Shown here in pieces: positions 40,831-55,100 of a stretch of DNA of 64,000 nucleotides. The notes beneath the pieces were generated by a model. It was not told the origin of the DNA and ran no database searches. It saw only the letters and a program-made list of their open reading frames with translations. Source of the stretch: Eledone cirrhosa (taxonomy: Eukaryota); NCBI GenBank assembly GCA_964016885.1, contig CAXHJY010000366.1, positions 29,001 to 93,000 on the forward strand, given 5' to 3'. Numbering within the stretch: the stretch's first letter is position 1; every line of letters begins with the position of its first letter. Made by a program: the position numbers and the translations under genes.

Positions 40831-43800
40831 CATCACACTCTCTCTTTCTATATATATGGTAGTGGAAGTGGTGGTGGTGGTGGCAATGATATACCGGAGG
40901 TGTTGACATCACACTCTCTCTTTCTATATATATGGTAGTTGAATTGGTGGTGGTGGTGGCAATGATATACCGGAAGTGTTGACATCACACTCTCTCTTTC
41001 TATATATATGGTAGTTGAAGTGGTGGTGGTGGTGGCAATGATATACCGGAGGTGTTGACATCACACTCTTTCTTTCTATATATATGGTAGTTGAATTGGT
41101 GGTGGTGGTGGCAATGATATACCGGAGGTGTTGACATCACACTCTCTCTTTCTATATATATGGTAGTTGAAGTGGTGGTGGTGGTGGCAATGATATACCG
41201 GAAGTGTTGACATCACACTCTCTCTTTCTATATATATGGTAGTAGAAGTGGTGGTGGTGGTGGCAATGATATACCGGAAGTGTTGATATCACACACTCTC
41301 TTTCTATATATATGGTAGTGGAAGTGGTGGTGGTGGTGGCAATGATATACCGGAAGTGTTGACATCACACTCTCTCTTTCTATATATATGGTAGTGGAAG
41401 TGGTGGTGGTGGTGGCAATGATATACCGGAAGTGTTGACATCACACTCTCTCTTTCTATATATATGGTAGTGGAAGCGGTGGTGGTGGTGGCAATGATAT
41501 ACCGGATGTGTTGACATCACACTCTCTCTTTCTATATATATGGTAGTGGAAGAAGTGGTGGTGGTGGCAATGATATAGCGGAAGTGTTGACATCACACTC
41601 TCTCTTTCTATATATATGGTAGTAGAAGTGGTGGTGGTGGTGGCAATGATATAGCGGAAGTGTTGACATCACACTCTCTCTTTCTATATATATGGTAGTT
41701 GAAGTGGTGGTGGTGGTGGCAATGATATACCGGAAGTGTTGACATCACACTCTCTCTTTCTATATATATGGTAGTTGAAGTGGTGGTGGTGGTGGCAATG
41801 ATATAGCGGAAGTGTTGACATCACACTCTCTCTTTCTATATATATGGTAGTGGAAGTGGTGGTGGTGGTGGCAACGATATACCGGAGGTGTTGACATCAC
41901 ACTCTCTCTTTCTATATATATATGGTAGTGGATGTGGTGGTGCTGGTGGTGGTGGCAATGATATACCGGAGGTGTTGACATCACACTCTCTCTTTCTATA
42001 TATATGGTAGTAGAAGTGGTGGTGGTGGCAATGATATACCGGAAGTGTTGATATCACACTCTCTTTTTCTATATATATGGTAGTGGAAGTGGTGGTGGTG
42101 GTGGCAATGATATACCGGAGGTGTTGACATCACACTCTCTCTTTCTATTTATATGGTAGTTGAAGTGATGGTGGTGGTGGTGGTGGTGGCAATGATATAC
42201 CGGAAGTGTTGACATCACTCTCTCTCTTTCTGTATATATGGTAGTAGAAGTGGTGGTGGTGGTGGTGGCAATGATATACCGGAAGTGTTGACATCACACT
42301 CTTTCTTTCTATATATATGGTAGTAGAAGTGGTGGTGGTGGTGGCAATGATATACCGGAAGTGTTGACATCACACTCTCTCTCTTTCTATTTATATGGTA
42401 GTTGAAGTGATGGTTGTTGTGGTGGCAATGATATACCGGAAGTGTTGACATCACTCTCTCTCTTTCTATATATATGGTAGTGGAAGTGGTGGTGGTGGTG
42501 GTGGCAATGATATACCGGAAGTGTTGACATCACTCTCTCTCTTTCTATATATATGGTAGTAGAAGTGGTGGTGGTGGTGGTGGCAATGATATACCGGAAG
42601 TGTTGACATCACACTCTTTCTTTCTATATATATGGTAGTAGAAGTGGTGGTGGTGGTGGCAATGATATACCGGAAGTGTTGACATCACACTCTCTCTCTT
42701 TCTATTTATATGGTAGTTGAAGTGATGGTGGTGGTGGTGGCAATGATATACCGGAAGTGTTGACATCACTCTCTCTCTTTCTATATATATGGTAGTGGAA
42801 GTGGTGGTGGTGGTGGTGGCAATGATATACCGGAAGTGTTGACATCACTCTCTCTCTTTCTATATATATGGTAGTAGAAGTGGTGGTGGTGGTGGTGGCA
42901 ATGATATACCGGAAGTGTTGACATCACACTCTCTCTTTCTATATATATGGTAGTTGAAGAGGTGGTGGTGGTGGCAATGATATACCGGAAGTGTTAACAT
43001 CACACTCTCTCTTTCTATATATATGGTAGTGGAAGAGGTGGTGGTGGTGGCAACGATATACCGGAGGTGTTGACATCACACTCTCTCTCTTTCTATATAT
43101 ATGGTAGTAGAAGTGGTGGTGGTGGTGGTGGTGGCAATGATATACCGGAGGTGTTGACATCACACTCTCACTTTCTATATATATGGTAGTGGAAGTGGTG
43201 GTGGTGGCGGCAATGATATACCGGAGGTGTTGACATCACACTCTCTCTTTCTATATATATGGTAGTTGAAGTGGTGGTGGTGGTGGCAATGATATACCGG
43301 AAGTGTTGACATCACACTCTCTCTTTCTATATATATGGTAGTTGAAGTGGTGGTGGTGGTGGCAATGATATACCGGAGGTGTTGACATCACACTCTCTCT
43401 TTCTATATATATGGTAGTTGAAGTGGTGGTGGTGGTGGCAATGATATACCGGAAGTGTTGACATCACACTCTCTCTTTCTATATATATGGTAGTAGAAGT
43501 GGTGGTGGTGGTGGCAATGATATACCGGAAGTGTTGATATCACACACTCTCTTTCTATATATATGGTAGTGGAAGTGGTGGTGGTGGTGGCAACGATATA
43601 CCGGAAGTGTTGACATCACACTCTTTCTTTCTATATATATGGTAGTAGAAGTGGTGGTGGTGGTGTCAATGATATACCGGAAGTGTTGAAATCACGCTCT
43701 CTCTCTTTCTATTTATATGGTAGTTGAAGTGATGGTGGTGGTGGTGGCAATGATATACCGGAAGTGTTGACATCACACTCTCTCTTTCTATATATATGGT

Positions 43801-45970
43801 AGTGGAAGTGGTGGTGGTGGTGGCAATGATATACCGGAGGTGTTGACATCACACTCTCTCTTTCTATATATATGGTAGTTGAATTGGTGGTGGTGGTGGC
43901 AATGATATACCGGAAGTGTTGACATCACACTCTCTCTTTCTATATATATGGTAGTTGAAGTGGTGGTGGTGGTGGCAATGATATACCGGAGGTGTTGACA
44001 TCACACTCTTTCTTTCTATATATATGGTAGTTGAATTGGTGGTGGTGGTGGCAATGATATACCGGAGGTGTTGACATCACACTCTCTCTTTCTATATATA
44101 TGGTAGTTGAAGTGGTGGTGGTGGTGGCAATGATATACCGGAAGTGTTGACATCACACTCTCTCTTTCTATATATATGGTAGTAGAAGTGGTGGTGGTGG
44201 TGGCAATGATATACCGGAAGTGTTGATATCACACACTCTCTTTCTATATATATGGTAGTGGAAGTGGTGGTGGTGGTGGCAATGATATACCGGAAGTGTT
44301 GACATCACACTCTCTCTTTCTATATATATGGTAGTGGAAGTGGTGGTGGTGGTGGCAATGATATACCGGAAGTGTTGACATCACACTCTCTCTTTCTATA
44401 TATATGGTAGTGGAAGCGGTGGTGGTGGTGGCAATGATATACCGGATGTGTTGACATCACACTCTCTCTTTCTATATATATGGTAGTGGAAGAAGTGGTG
44501 GTGGTGGCAATGATATAGCGGAAGTGTTGACATCACACTCTCTCTTTCTATATATATGGTAGTAGAAGTGGTGGTGGTGGTGGCAATGATATAGCGGAAG
44601 TGTTGACATCACACTCTCTCTTTCTATATATATGGTAGTTGAAGTGGTGGTGGTGGTGGCAATGATATACCGGAAGTGTTGACATCACACTCTCTCTTTC
44701 TATATATATGGTAGTTGAAGTGGTGGTGGTGGTGGCAATGATATAGCGGAAGTGTTGACATCACACTCTCTCTTTCTATATATATGGTAGTGGAAGTGGT
44801 GGTGGTGGTGGCAACGATATACCGGAGGTGTTGACATCACACTCTCTCTTTCTATATATATATGGTAGTGGATGTGGTGGTGCTGGTGGTGGTGGCAATG
44901 ATATACCGGAGGTGTTGACATCACACTCTCTCTTTCTATATATATGGTAGTAGAAGTGGTGGTGGTGGCAATGATATACCGGAAGTGTTGATATCACACT
45001 CTCTTTTTCTATATATATGGTAGTGGAAGTGGTGGTGGTGGTGGCAATGATATACCGGAGGTGTTGACATCACACTCTCTCTTTCTATTTATATGGTAGT
45101 TGAAGTGATGGTGGTGGTGGTGGTGGTGGCAATGATATACCGGAAGTGTTGACATCACTCTCTCTCTTTCTGTATATATGGTAGTAGAAGTGGTGGTGGT
45201 GGTGGTGGCAATGATATACCGGAAGTGTTGACATCACACTCTTTCTTTCTATATATATGGTAGTAGAAGTGGTGGTGGTGGTGGCAATGATATACCGGAA
45301 GTGTTGACATCACACTCTCTCTCTTTCTATTTATATGGTAGTTGAAGTGATGGTTGTTGTGGTGGCAATGATATACCGGAAGTGTTGACATCACTCTCTC
45401 TCTTTCTATATATATGGTAGTGGAAGTGGTGGTGGTGGTGGTGGCAATGATATACCGGAAGTGTTGACATCACTCTCTCTCTTTCTATATATATGGTAGT
45501 AGAAGTGGTGGTGGTGGTGGTGGCAATGATATACCGGAAGTGTTGACATCACACTCTTTCTTTCTATATATATGGTAGTAGAAGTGGTGGTGGTGGTGGC
45601 AATGATATACCTGAAGTGTTGACATCACACTCTCTCTCTTTCTATTTATATGGTAGTTGAAGTGATGGTGGTGGTGGTGGCAATGATATACCGGAAGTGT
45701 TGACATCACTCTCTCTCTTTCTATATATATGGTAGTGGAAGTGGTGGTGGTGGTGGTGGCAATGATATACCGGAAGTGTTGACATCACTCTCTCTCTTTC
45801 TATATATATGGTAGTAGAAGTGGTGGTGGTGGTGGTGGCAATGATATACCGGAAGTGTTGACATCACACTCTCTCTTTCTATATATATGGTAGTTGAAGA
45901 GGTGGTGGTGGTGGCAATGATATACCGGAAGTGTTAACATCACACTCTCTCTTTCTATATATATGGTAGT
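40058..45970. repeat. Near-perfect tandem duplication, 2 x 2940 bp (~38 monomers)
   Basis: 2940 = 49 x 60, so printed lines 40081-43020 match 43021-45960 line for line. The only difference I noticed is CCGG at ~42670 vs CCTG at ~45610. ORF pairs 41760/44700, 42215/45155 and 42545/45485. Confidence 0.95.
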
Positions 45971-48900
45971 TGAAGTGGTGGTGGTGGTGGTGGCAATGAT
46001 ATACCGGAAGTGTTGACATCACACTCTCTCTTTTTATATATATGGTAGTGGAAGTGGTGGTGGTGGTGGCAATGATATTACCGGAGGTGTTGACATCACA
46101 CTCTCTCTTTGTATATATATGGTAGTGGAAGTGGTGGTGGTTCTGGCAATGATATACCGGAAGTGTTGACATCACACTCTCTCTTTCTATATATATGGTT
46201 GTTGAAGTGGTGGTGGTGGTGGCAATGATATAGCGGAAGTGTTGACATCACACTCTCTCTCTCTATATATATGGTAGTGGAAGTGGTGGTGGTGGTGGCA
46301 ACGATATACCGGAGGTGTTGACATCACACTCTCTCTCTTTCTATGTATATGGTAGTGGAATTGGTGGTGGTGGTGGCAACGATATACCGGAGGTGTTGAC
46401 ATCACACTCTCTCTTTCTATATATATGGTAGTAGAAGTGGTGGTGGTGGTGGTGGCAATGATATACCGGAAGTGTTGACATCACACTCTCTCTTTCTATA
46501 TATATGGTAGTAGAAGTGGTGGTGGTGGTGGTGTTGGCAATGATATACCGGAGGTGTTGACATCACACTCTCTCTTTCTATATATATGGTAGTGGAAGTG
46601 ATGGTGGTGGTGGCAACGATATATCGGATGTGTTGACATCACACTCTCTCTTTCTATATATATATGGTAGTGGATGTGGTGGTGCTGGTGGTGGTGGAAA
46701 ATGATATACCGGAGGTGTTGACATCACACTCTCACTTTCTATATATATGGTAGTTGAATTGGTGGTGGTGGTGGTGGTGGTGGTGGCAATGATATACCGG
46801 AGGTGTTGACATCACACTCTCCCTTTCTATATATATGGTAGTTGAAGTGGTGGTGGTGGGGGCAATGATATACCGGAAGTGTTGACGTCACACTCTCTCT
46901 TTCTATATATATGGTAGTAGAAGTGGTGGTGGTGGTGGTGGTGGCAATGATATACCGGAGGTGTTGACATCACACTCTCTCTTTCTATATATATGGTGTT
47001 GAAGTGGTGGTGGTGGTGGCAATGATATACCGGTAGTGTTGACATCACACTCTCTCTTTCTATATATATGGTAGTTGAAGTGGTGTTGGTGGTGGCAATG
47101 ATATACCGGAAGTGTTGACATCACACTCTCTCTCTATATATATATGGTAGTAGAAGTGGTGGTGGTGGTGGCAATGATATACCGGAAGTGTTGACATCAC
47201 ACTCTCTCTTTCTATATATATGGTAGTGGAAGTGGTGGTGGTGGTGGCAATGATATACCGGAGGTGTTGACATCACACTCTCTCTCTCTATTTATATGGT
47301 AGTTGAAGTGATGGTGGTGGTGGTGGCAATGATATACCGGAAGTGTTGACATCACTCTCTCTCTTTCTGTATATATGGTAGTAGAAGTGGTGGTGGTGGT
47401 GGTGGCAATGATATACCGGAAGTGTTGACATCACACTCTTTCTTTCTATATATATGGTAGTAGAAGTGGTGGTGGTGGTGGCAATGATATACCGGAAGTG
47501 TTGACATCACACTCTCTCTCTTTCTATTTATATGGTAGTTGAAGTGTTGGTGGTGGTGGTGGCAATGATATACCGGAAGTGTTGACATCACTCTCTCTCT
47601 TTCTATATATATGGTAGTGGAAGTGGTGGTGGTGGTGGCAATGATATACCGGAAGTGTTGACATCACACTCTCTCTTTCTATATATATGGTAGTTGAAGA
47701 GGTGGTGGTGGTGGCAATGATATACCGGAAGTGTTGACATCACACTCTCTCTTTCTATATATATGGTAGTGGAAGTGGTGGTGGTGGTGGCAATGATATA
47801 CCGGAAGTGTTGACATCACACTCTCTCTTTCTATATATATGGTAGTGGAAGAGGTGGTGGTGGTGGCAATGATATACCGGAAGTGTTGACATCACACTCT
47901 CTCTTTCTATATATATGGTAGTAGAAGTGGTGGTGGTGGTGGCAATGATATACCGGAAGTGTTGATATCACACACTCTCTTTCTATATATCTGGTAGTTG
48001 AAGTGATGGTGGTGGTGGTGGCAATGATATACCGGAAGTGTTGACATCACTCTCTCTCTTTCTGTATATATGGTAGTAGAAGTGGTGGTGGTGGTGGTGG
48101 CAATGATATACCGGAAGTGTTGACATCACACTCTTTCTTTCTATATATATGGTAGTAGAAGTGGTGGTGGTGGTGGCAATGATATACCGGAAGTGTTGAC
48201 ATCACACTCTCTCTCTTTCTATTTATATGGTAGTTGAAGTGATGGTGGTTGTGGTGGCAATGATATACCGGAAGTGTTGACATCACTCTCTCTCTTTCTA
48301 TATATATGGTAGTGGAAGTGGTGGTGGTGGTGGTGGCAATGATATACCGGAAGTGTTGACATCACTCTCTCTCTTTCTATATATATGGTAGTAGAAGTGG
48401 TGGTGGTGGTGGTGGCAATGATATACCGGAAGTGTTGACATCACACTCTTTCTTTCTATATATATGGTAGTAGAAGTGGTGGTGGTGGTGGCAATGATAT
48501 ACCGGAAGTGTTGACATCACACTCTCTCTCTTTCTATTTATATGGTAGTTGAAGTGATGGTGGTGGTGGTGGCAATGATATACCGGAAGTGTTGACATCA
48601 CTCTCTCTCTTTCTATATATATGGTAGTGGAAGTGGTGGTGGTGGTGGTGGCAATGATATACCGGAAGTGTTGACATCACTCTCTCTCTTTCTATATATA
48701 TGGTAGTAGAAGTGGTGGTGGTGGTGGTGGCAATGATATACCGGAAGTGTTGACATCACACTCTCTCTTTCTATATATATGGTAGTTGAAGAGGTGGTGG
48801 TGGTGGCAATGATATACCGGAAGTGTTAACATCACACTCTCTCTTTCTATATATATGGTAGTTGAAGTGGTGGTGGTGGTGGTGGCAATGATATACCGGA

Positions 48901-51140
48901 AGTGTTGACATCACACTCTCTCTTTTTATATATATGGTAGTGGAAGTGGTGGTGGTGGTGGCAATGATATTACCGGAGGTGTTGACATCACACTCTCTCT
49001 TTGTATATATATGGTAGTGGAAGTGGTGGTGGTTCTGGCAATGATATACCGGAAGTGTTGACATCACACTCTCTCTTTCTATATATATGGTTGTTGAAGT
49101 GGTGGTGGTGGTGGCAATGATATAGCGGAAGTGTTGACATCACACTCTCTCTCTCTATATATATGGTAGTGGAAGTGGTGGTGGTGGTGGCAACGATATA
49201 CCGGAGGTGTTGACATCACACTCTCTCTCTTTCTATGTATATGGTAGTGGAATTGGTGGTGGTGGTGGCAACGATATACCGGAGGTGTTGACATCACACT
49301 CTCTCTTTCTATATATATGGTAGTAGAAGTGGTGGTGGTGGTGGTGGCAATGATATACCGGAAGTGTTGACATCACACTCTCTCTTTCTATATATATGGT
49401 AGTAGAAGTGGTGGTGGTGGTGGTGTTGGCAATGATATACCGGAGGTGTTGACATCACACTCTCTCTTTCTATATATATGGTAGTGGAAGTGATGGTGGT
49501 GGTGGCAACGATATATCGGATGTGTTGACATCACACTCTCTCTTTCTATATATATATGGTAGTGGATGTGGTGGTGCTGGTGGTGGTGGAAAATGATATA
49601 CCGGAGGTGTTGACATCACACTCTCACTTTCTATATATATGGTAGTTGAATTGGTGGTGGTGGTGGTGGTGGTGGTGGCAATGATATACCGGAGGTGTTG
49701 ACATCACACTCTCCCTTTCTATATATATGGTAGTTGAAGTGGTGGTGGTGGGGGCAATGATATACCGGAAGTGTTGACGTCACACTCTCTCTTTCTATAT
49801 ATATGGTAGTAGAAGTGGTGGTGGTGGTGGTAGTGGCAATGATATACCGGAGGTGTTGACATCACACTCTCTCTTTCTATATATATGGTGTTGAAGTGGT
49901 GGTGGTGGTGGCAATGATATACCGGTAGTGTTGACATCACACTCTCTCTTTCTATATATATGGTAGTTGAAGTGGTGTTGGTGGTGGCAATGATATACCG
50001 GAAGTGTTGACATCACACTCTCTCTCTATATATATATGGTAGTAGAAGTGGTGGTGGTGGTGGCAATGATATACCGGAAGTGTTGATATCACACTCTCTC
50101 TTTCTATATATATGGTAGTGGAAGTGGTGGTGGTGGTGGCAATGATATACCGGAGGTGTTGACATCACACTCTCTCTCTCTATTTATATGGTAGTTGAAG
50201 TGATGGTGGTGGTGGTGGCAATGATATACCGGAAGTGTTGACATCACTCTCTCTCTTTCTGTATATATGGTAGTAGAAGTGGTGGTGGTGGTGGTGGCAA
50301 TGATATACCGGAAGTGTTGACATCACACTCTTTCTTTCTATATATATGGTAGTAGAAGTGGTGGTGGTGGTGGCAATGATATACCGGAAGTGTTGACATC
50401 ACACTCTCTCTCTTTCTATTTATATGGTAGTTGAAGTGTTGGTGGTGGTGGTGGCAATGATATACCGGAAGTGTTGACATCACTCTCTCTCTTTCTATAT
50501 ATATGGTAGTGGAAGTGGTGGTGGTGGTGGCAATGATATACCGGAAGTGTTGACATCACACTCTCTCTTTCTATATATATGGTAGTTGAAGAGGTGGTGG
50601 TGGTGGCAATGATATACCGGAAGTGTTGACATCACACTCTCTCTTTCTATATATATGGTAGTGGAAGTGGTGGTGGTGGTGGCAATGATATACCGGAAGT
50701 GTTGACATCACACTCTCTCTTTCTATATATATGGTAGTGGAAGAGGTGGTGGTGGTGGCAATGATATACCGGAAGTGTTGACATCACACTCTCTCTTTCT
50801 ATATATATGGTAGTAGAAGTGGTGGTGGTGGTGGCAATGATATACCGGAAGTGTTGATATCACACACTCTCTTTCTATATATCTGGTAGTTGAAGTGATG
50901 GTGGTGGTGGTGGCAATGATATACCGGAAGTGTTGACATCACTCTCTCTCTTTCTGTATATATGGTAGTAGAAGTGGTGGTGGTGGTGGTGGCAATGATA
51001 TACCGGAAGTGTTGACATCACACTCTTTCTTTCTATATATATGGTAGTAGAAGTGGTGGTGGTGGTGGCAATGATATACCGGAAGTGTTGACATCACACT
51101 CTCTCTCTTTCTATTTATATGGTAGTTGAAGTGATGGTGG
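45153..51140. repeat. Tandem duplication, 2 x 2892 bp plus start of a third copy
   Basis: Units start at 45153, 48045 and 50937. Private markers GATATTACCGG, GGTTCTGGC, GGAAAATG, ATGGTGTTGAAG and TGACGTCA are each present twice at offset 2892. Confidence 0.93.
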
Positions 51141-52199
51141 TGGTGGTTCAATGATATACCGGAAGTGTTGACATCACTCTCTCTCTTTCTGTATATATGG
51201 TAGTAGAAGTGGTGGTGGTGGTGGTGGCAATGATATACCGGAAGTGTTGACATCACACTCTTTCTTTCTATATATATGGTAGTAGGAGTGGTGGTGGTGG
51301 TGGCAATGATATACCGGAAGTGTTGACATCACACTCTCTCTCTTTCTATTTATATGGTAGTTGAAGTGATGGTGGTGGTGGTGGCAATGATATACCGGAA
51401 GTGTTGACATCACACTCTCTCTTTCTATATATATGGTAGTTGAAGAGGTGGTGGTGGTGGCAATGATATACCGGAAGTGTTGACATCACACTCTCTCTTT
51501 CTATATATATGGTAGTGGAAGTGGTGGTGGTGGTGGCAACGATATACCGGAGGTGTTGACATCACACTCTCTCTCTTTCTATGTATATGGTAGTGGAAGT
51601 GGTGGTGGTGGTGGCAACGATATACCGGAGGTGTTGACATCACACTCTCTCTTTCTATATATATATGGTAGTGGATGTGGTGGTGCTGGTGGTGGTGGCA
51701 ATGATATACCGGAGGTGTTGACATCACACTTTCTCTTTCTATATATATGGTAGTAGAAGTGGTGGTGGTGGCAATGATATACCGGAAGTGTTGACATCAC
51801 ACTCTTTCTTTCTATATATCTGGTAGTTGAAGTAATGGTGGTGGTGGTGGAAATGATATACCGGAAGTGTTGACATCACACTCTCTCTTTTTATATATAT
51901 GGTAGTGGAAGTGGTGGTGGTAGTGGAAATGATATACCGGAAGTGTTGACATCACACTCTCTCTTTTTATATATATGGTAGTGGAAGTGGTGGTGGTAGT
52001 GGAAATGATATACCGGAAGTGTTGACATCACACTCTCTCTTTCTATATATATGGTAGTGGAAGAGGTGGTGGTGGTGGCAATGCTATACCGGAAGTGTTG
52101 ACATCACACTCTCTCTTTCTATATATATGGTAGTGGAAGTGGTGGTGGTGGTGGTGGCAATGATATACCGGAGGTGTTGACATCACACTCTCTCTTTCT

Positions 52200-55100
52200 A
52201 TATATATGGTAGTAGAAGTGGTGGTGGTGGTGATGGCAATGATATACCGGAAGTGTTGACATCACACTCCCTCTTTCTATATATATGGTAGTTGAAGTGG
52301 TGGTGGTGGTGGCAATGATATACCGGAAGTGTTGACATCAAACTCTCTCTTTCTATATATATGGTAGTGGAAGTGGTGGTGGTGGTGGCAACGATATACC
52401 GGAGGTGTTGACATCACACTCTCTCTCTTTCTATGTTTATGGTAGTGGAAGTGGTGGTGGTGGTGGCAACGATATACCGGAGGTGTTGACATCACACTCT
52501 CTCTTTCTATATATATATGGTAGTGGATGTGGTGGTGCTAGTGGTGGTGGCAATGATATACCGGAGGTGTTGACATCACACTCTCTCTTTCTATATATAT
52601 GGTAGTAGAAGTCGTGGTGGTGGCAATGATATACCGGAAGTGTTGATATCACACTCTCTCTTTGTATATATATGGTAGTAGAAGTGGTGGTGGTGGTGGT
52701 GGCAATGCTATACCGGAAGTGTTGACATCACACACTCTCTTTCTATATATCTGGTAGTTGAAGTAATGGTGGTGGTAGTGGAAATGATATACCGGAAGTG
52801 TTGACATCACACTCTCTCTTTCTATATATATGGTAGTTGAAGTGGTGGTGGTGGTGGTGGCAATGCTATACCGGAAGTGTTGACATCACACACTCTCTTT
52901 CTATATATATGGTAGTTGAAGTGGTGGTGGCAATGATATACCGGAAGTGTTGACATCACACTCTCCCTTTCTATATATATGGAAATTGAAGTGGTGGTGG
53001 TGGTGGCAATGATATACCGGAAGTGTTGACATCACACTCTCTCTTTCTATATATATGGTAGGTGAAGTGGAGGTGGTGGTGGCAATGATATACCGGAAGT
53101 GTTGACATCACACTCTCTCTTTCTATATATATGTTAGTGGTGGTGGTGGTGGTAATGATATACCGGAAGTGTTGACATCACACTCTCTCTTTCTATATAT
53201 ATGTTAGTGGTGGTGGTGGTGGGAATGATATACCGGAAGTGTTGACATCACACTCTCTCTTTCTATATATATGGTAGTTGAAGTGGTGGTGGTGGTGGCA
53301 ATGATATACCGGAAGTGTTGACATCACACTCTCTCTTTCTATATATATGGTAGTAGAAGAGGTGGTGGTGGTGGCAATGATATACCGGAGGTGTTGACAT
53401 CACACTCTCTCTTTCTATATATATAGTAGTTGAAGTGGTGGTGGTGGTGGTGGAAATGATATACCGGAAATGTTGACATAACACTCTCTCTTTTTATATA
53501 TATGGTAGTGGAAGTGGTTGTGGTCGGGGCAATGATATACCGGAAGTGTTGACATCATACTCTCTCTTTTTATATATATGGTAGTGGAAGTGGTGGTGGT
53601 GGTGGCAATGATATACCGGAGGTGTTGACATCACACTCTTTCTTTCTATATATATGGTAGTGGAAGTGGTGGTGGTGGTGGCAATGATATACCGGAAGTG
53701 TTGACATCACACTCTCTCTTTCTATATATATGGTAGTGGAAGTGGTGGTGGTGGTGGCAATGATATACCGGAAGTGTTGACATCACACTCTCTCTTTCTA
53801 TATATATGGTAGTGGAAGAGGTGGTGGTGGTGACAATGATATACCGGAAGTGTTGACATCACACTCTCTCTTTCTATATATATGGTAGTTGAAGTGGTGG
53901 TGGTGGTGGCAATGATATACCGGAGGTGTTGACATCACACTCTCCCTTTCTATATATCTGGTAGTTGAAGAAATGGTGGTGGTGGTGGAAATGATATACC
54001 GGAAGTGTTGACATCAGACTCTCTCTTTTTATATATATGGTAGTTGAAGTGGTGGTGGTGGTGGCAATGATATACCGGAGGTGTTGACATCACACTCTCC
54101 CTTTCTATATATCTGGTAGTTGAAGTAATGGTGGTGGTGGTGGCAATGATATACCGGAAGTGTTGACATCACACTCTCTCTTTCTATATATATGGTAGTT
54201 GAAGTGGTGGTGGTGGTGGCAATGATATACCGGAGGTGTTGACATCACACTCTCTCTTTCTATATATATGGTAGTTGAAGTGGTGGTGGTGGTGGCAATG
54301 ATATACCGGAGGTGTTGACATCACACTCTCTCTTTCTATATATCTGGTAGTTGAAGTAATGGTGGTGGTGGTGGAAATGATATACCGTAAGTGTTGACAT
54401 CACACTCTCTCTTTTTATATATATGGTAGTGGAAGTGGTGGTGGTGGTGGCAATGATATACCGGAGGTGTTGACATCACACTCTCTCTTTCTATATATAT
54501 GGTAGTGGAAGAGGTGGTGGTGGTGGCAATGCTATACCGGAAGTGTTGACATCACACTCTCTCTTTCTATATATCTGGTAGTTGAAGTAATGGTGGTGGT
54601 GGTGGAAATGATATACCGGAAGTGTTGACATCACACTCTCTCTTTCTATATATATGGTAGTAGAAGTGGTGGTGGTGATGGCAATGATATACCGGAAGTG
54701 TTGACATCACACTCTCTCTTTCTATATATCTGGTAGTTGAAGTAATGGTGGTGGTGGTGGAAATGATATACCGGAAGTGTTGACATCACACTCTCTCTTT
54801 CTATATATATGGTAGTTGAAGTGGTGGTGGTGGTGGCAATGATATACTGGAAGTGTTGACATCACACTCTCTCTTTCTATATATGTGGTAGTGGAAGTTG
54901 TGGTGGTGGTGGCAACGATATACCGGAGGTGTTGACATCACACTCTCTCTCTTTCTATGTATATGGTAGTGGAAGTGGTGGTGGTGGTGGCAACGATATA
55001 CCGGAGGGGTTGACATCACACTCTCTCTTTCTATATGTATGGTAGTGGAAGTGGTGGTGGTGGTGGTGGCAATGATATACCAGAGGTGTTGACATCACAC

